Below are positions 62,163-64,000 of a stretch of DNA of 64,000 nucleotides, piece after piece (position 1 is the stretch's first letter; each line of letters begins with the position of its first letter). The position numbers were made by a program, and so were the translations under genes. The stretch is from positions 64,001 through 128,000 of the IMG/VR virus record IMGVR_UViG_3300033120_000574. One strand, written 5' to 3'. The notes beneath the pieces are model-generated. The model saw only the letters and a program-made list of their open reading frames with translations. It was not told where the DNA came from and did no database searches. The DNA is from a virus (taxonomy: Duplodnaviria > Caudoviricetes).

Positions 62163-62951
62163 TCAAATGTTCCCGTCATACACTTTGCCGTTGTAAGCAA
62201 AATGTCCATCATTCATGATTACAAGATATGGACTAGCAAAACACTTGTCTGGTCCATAGAGTTCAAGAATTGTGAAACCTCTCTGCCAATCAGGGTCGTT
62301 GTTATACTCGTGGTCTCCTGTCATGCAAGGATTTGCCACAGCAATCGCAGTCTTTCCTAGCGCAGTCTGGCAGTGAATCTGTGCCTTGTGGTGATGTCCA
62401 AACACTTCGGAGGTGCCCATGGTCTTTGTAAGTCTGCTGGCTGCCAGGTGCTTTCCTGCACCAAAGCGAGCAGCTTGGTTGTGCCCGTGTCGGAGAACGA
62501 ATGGACCACAACGAACACCCTTATTGACAGTATCTTCACGAACCCATTTGATACCATCAGCCATTCCTTGGCTTTCACACTGTTCTCGGAGGGTTAGACC
62601 AATAGCACCCTTCAAGGCAACCGGAACTGCTCCAAGCACAGCTTTGGACCAACGTTCGTCATGGTTTCCTTCTACAACCACAATTTCACCAGCTTCTTTA
62701 GAAAGTGCATTCACTTCCTTTACGAAAGTCTTGATTTGTGGAATTGCGTTTATTGGAGCATGTTGATCTTGAACGTAACGACTAAGCATGCCCAAGTCTA
62801 CAAAGTCACCGAGAATCACAGTCTTCGCTGGGCGTGTAACTGCATGCCACTTTCGGAAAGCGCGCCATGTAGGTTCATGATGTAAGTCAAAGTGAATGTC
62901 ACTAACAATGGCAATCACGTTTGAATTTTTGGAAACAGCACTTTTACCCAT
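62163..62951 (-). CDS. calcineurin-like metallophosphoesterase
   Basis: SDIH, GDFVD, GNHD, HGH, GHHH. Confidence 0.88.
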   Translation of the reverse strand: MGKSAVSKNSNVIAIVSDIHFDLHHEPTWRAFRKWHAVTRPAKTVILGDFVDLGMLSRYVQDQHAPINAIPQIKTFVKEVNALSKEAGEIVVVEGNHDERWSKAVLGAVPVALKGAIGLTLREQCESQGMADGIKWVREDTVNKGVRCGPFVLRHGHNQAARFGAGKHLAASRLTKTMGTSEVFGHHHKAQIHCQTALGKTAIAVANPCMTGDHEYNNDPDWQRGFTILELYGPDKCFASPYLVIMNDGHFAYNGKVYDGNI

Positions 62952-63247
62952 TAAGCAATCCTTTTCTGTGAACTACTATCCGTAGTTAGGCGTTCCCACA
63001 AATCATGAACGGTTTTGACATAAGCAGCTGGCAATGTCTCAGGGTCAGGAAGTTCTAAAGCCATCTTTGGCTTTGCTTTCCAGCAATCCTTTGGATCTTG
63101 CTTAAGTGCTTTGGCACAAGTCCAACCACAGCTTTTCTGTCTGCTGTCTTTTGTAGAATACTGTTTACCGCATTGAATACAATGTTTTAGCATTGTGTCA
63201 CATCCTAGTAATAACAGTATGCAGCATACTACTGGGGTGTCAAGCAC
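62951..63247 (-). CDS. small zinc-finger protein (start probably at MLKHC)
   Basis: CIQCGK.Y......QKSCGWTC. Confidence 0.55.
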   Translation of the reverse strand: MLDTPVVCCILLLLGCDTMLKHCIQCGKQYSTKDSRQKSCGWTCAKALKQDPKDCWKAKPKMALELPDPETLPAAYVKTVHDLWERLTTDSSSQKRIA

Positions 63248-63249
63248 TC

Positions 63250-63537
63250 TTACTTCTTAACTACACGTAAGTTGCTGTATGAATCTTTAACACCACGTCG
63301 CATCGCACGAAGGGTTATAGCAATGCCCTCTATTTCCTGCGCAGCTTTCTCAGTCTTAGCTGTTTCAGTTATACCTACTGCAAGTTCAGCATCGCCTATA
63401 CGTCTAGACAACCTGCCAACTTCTTCGTTAAGTTTGGTTAAACTAGCCAACAGTTTATTGCTCTGTTCCTGCACCATGTGCAGGCGGTTGTAATAAACTC
63501 TGATTTCCTCAGTAAGTCTGTGAATTTCATCAGTCAC
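63250..63537 (-). CDS. coiled-coil hypothetical protein
   Basis: 95 aa with a heptad pattern. Confidence 0.65.
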   Translation of the reverse strand: MTDEIHRLTEEIRVYYNRLHMVQEQSNKLLASLTKLNEEVGRLSRRIGDAELAVGITETAKTEKAAQEIEGIAITLRAMRRGVKDSYSNLRVVKK

Positions 63538-63907
63538 GGGAATCCTTGCTTGTGTAATTTGCCAAACGCTTATCTAGCTTCTCAAGAAGAGTCATTACAT
63601 TCTCAATTTGAGTAGATAGTCGCATAACAGCTTCTTTGCTCGCTAAGGAATCCAGACGTTCTTCAAGTCGTGCCAAACCTTCTTTAGTTGCATACTCACG
63701 ACGTACTGAGTCTTCCGTGTCTTTTACAGCTTCCTGAATGGCTTTACGTACTGCCTCTGTGTCAGGACGATTTCTAATGGCATGGTCTAATGCCTTCTCT
63801 AGCGCAGGCTCCATATCTTGGTGAATCTTACGAGTAAGAACCCAAGGTAGAAACACGGCACAGATAATTGATATGAACGGAGCTACGTTTGACCATTCTA
63901 TTACCAT
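63530..63907 (-). CDS. membrane-anchored coiled-coil protein
   Basis: N-terminal TM (VAPFISIICAVFLPWVL) then a coiled coil. Confidence 0.65.
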   Translation of the reverse strand: MVIEWSNVAPFISIICAVFLPWVLTRKIHQDMEPALEKALDHAIRNRPDTEAVRKAIQEAVKDTEDSVRREYATKEGLARLEERLDSLASKEAVMRLSTQIENVMTLLEKLDKRLANYTSKDSRD

Positions 63908-63910
63908 AAA

Positions 63911-64000
63911 TCATCCTTGTAGGCTTACAACAAAGCATTCATATGCGGCTGCACCATCTGCAGCTTCGGCATACACGTATACACTGTTTGCATCAGGCAC
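63911..64000 (-). CDS. 3' end of a CDS entering from beyond the window
   Basis: Open frame ...VPDANSVYVYAEAADGAAAYECFVVSLQG*. Confidence 0.45.
   Translation of the reverse strand: MPDANSVYVYAEAADGAAAYECFVVSLQG

Overview
The window is a 64 kb slice of a large lytic myovirus genome. Almost all genes lie on the minus strand. The major capsid protein, prohead protease, sheath and tube resemble those of SPO1/Twort-like (Herelleviridae-type) phages, but the spanin-like genes suggest a diderm host. In transcription order (right to left) it holds: accessory genes (metallophosphoesterase, GNAT, a small RHH protein); a promoter-driven array of 32 tRNA genes covering all 20 amino acids, with three HNH genes; a portal with two inteins; a cluster of probable head-packaged proteins (InPase domain, MuF-kinase fusion, degenerate topoisomerase IB fold); protease, scaffold and capsid; neck; sheath, tube, frameshifted chaperones and tape measure; baseplate and tail fibres; lysis genes; and two helicases. 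The most unusual signals are in the tRNA array. (1) Two parallel 'HNH + replacement tRNA' cassettes each split a tRNA gene of the same amino-acid family. (2) A tandem array of non-cloverleaf RNAs each start after a shared GTTYTT(T)RAA leader and end in a terminal helix plus G-CYA. (3) There is a circularly permuted tRNA-like RNA of YrlA type. (4) There are three 8/4-fold tRNA-Ser genes. All calls come from manual reading and motif recognition; no searches were run.
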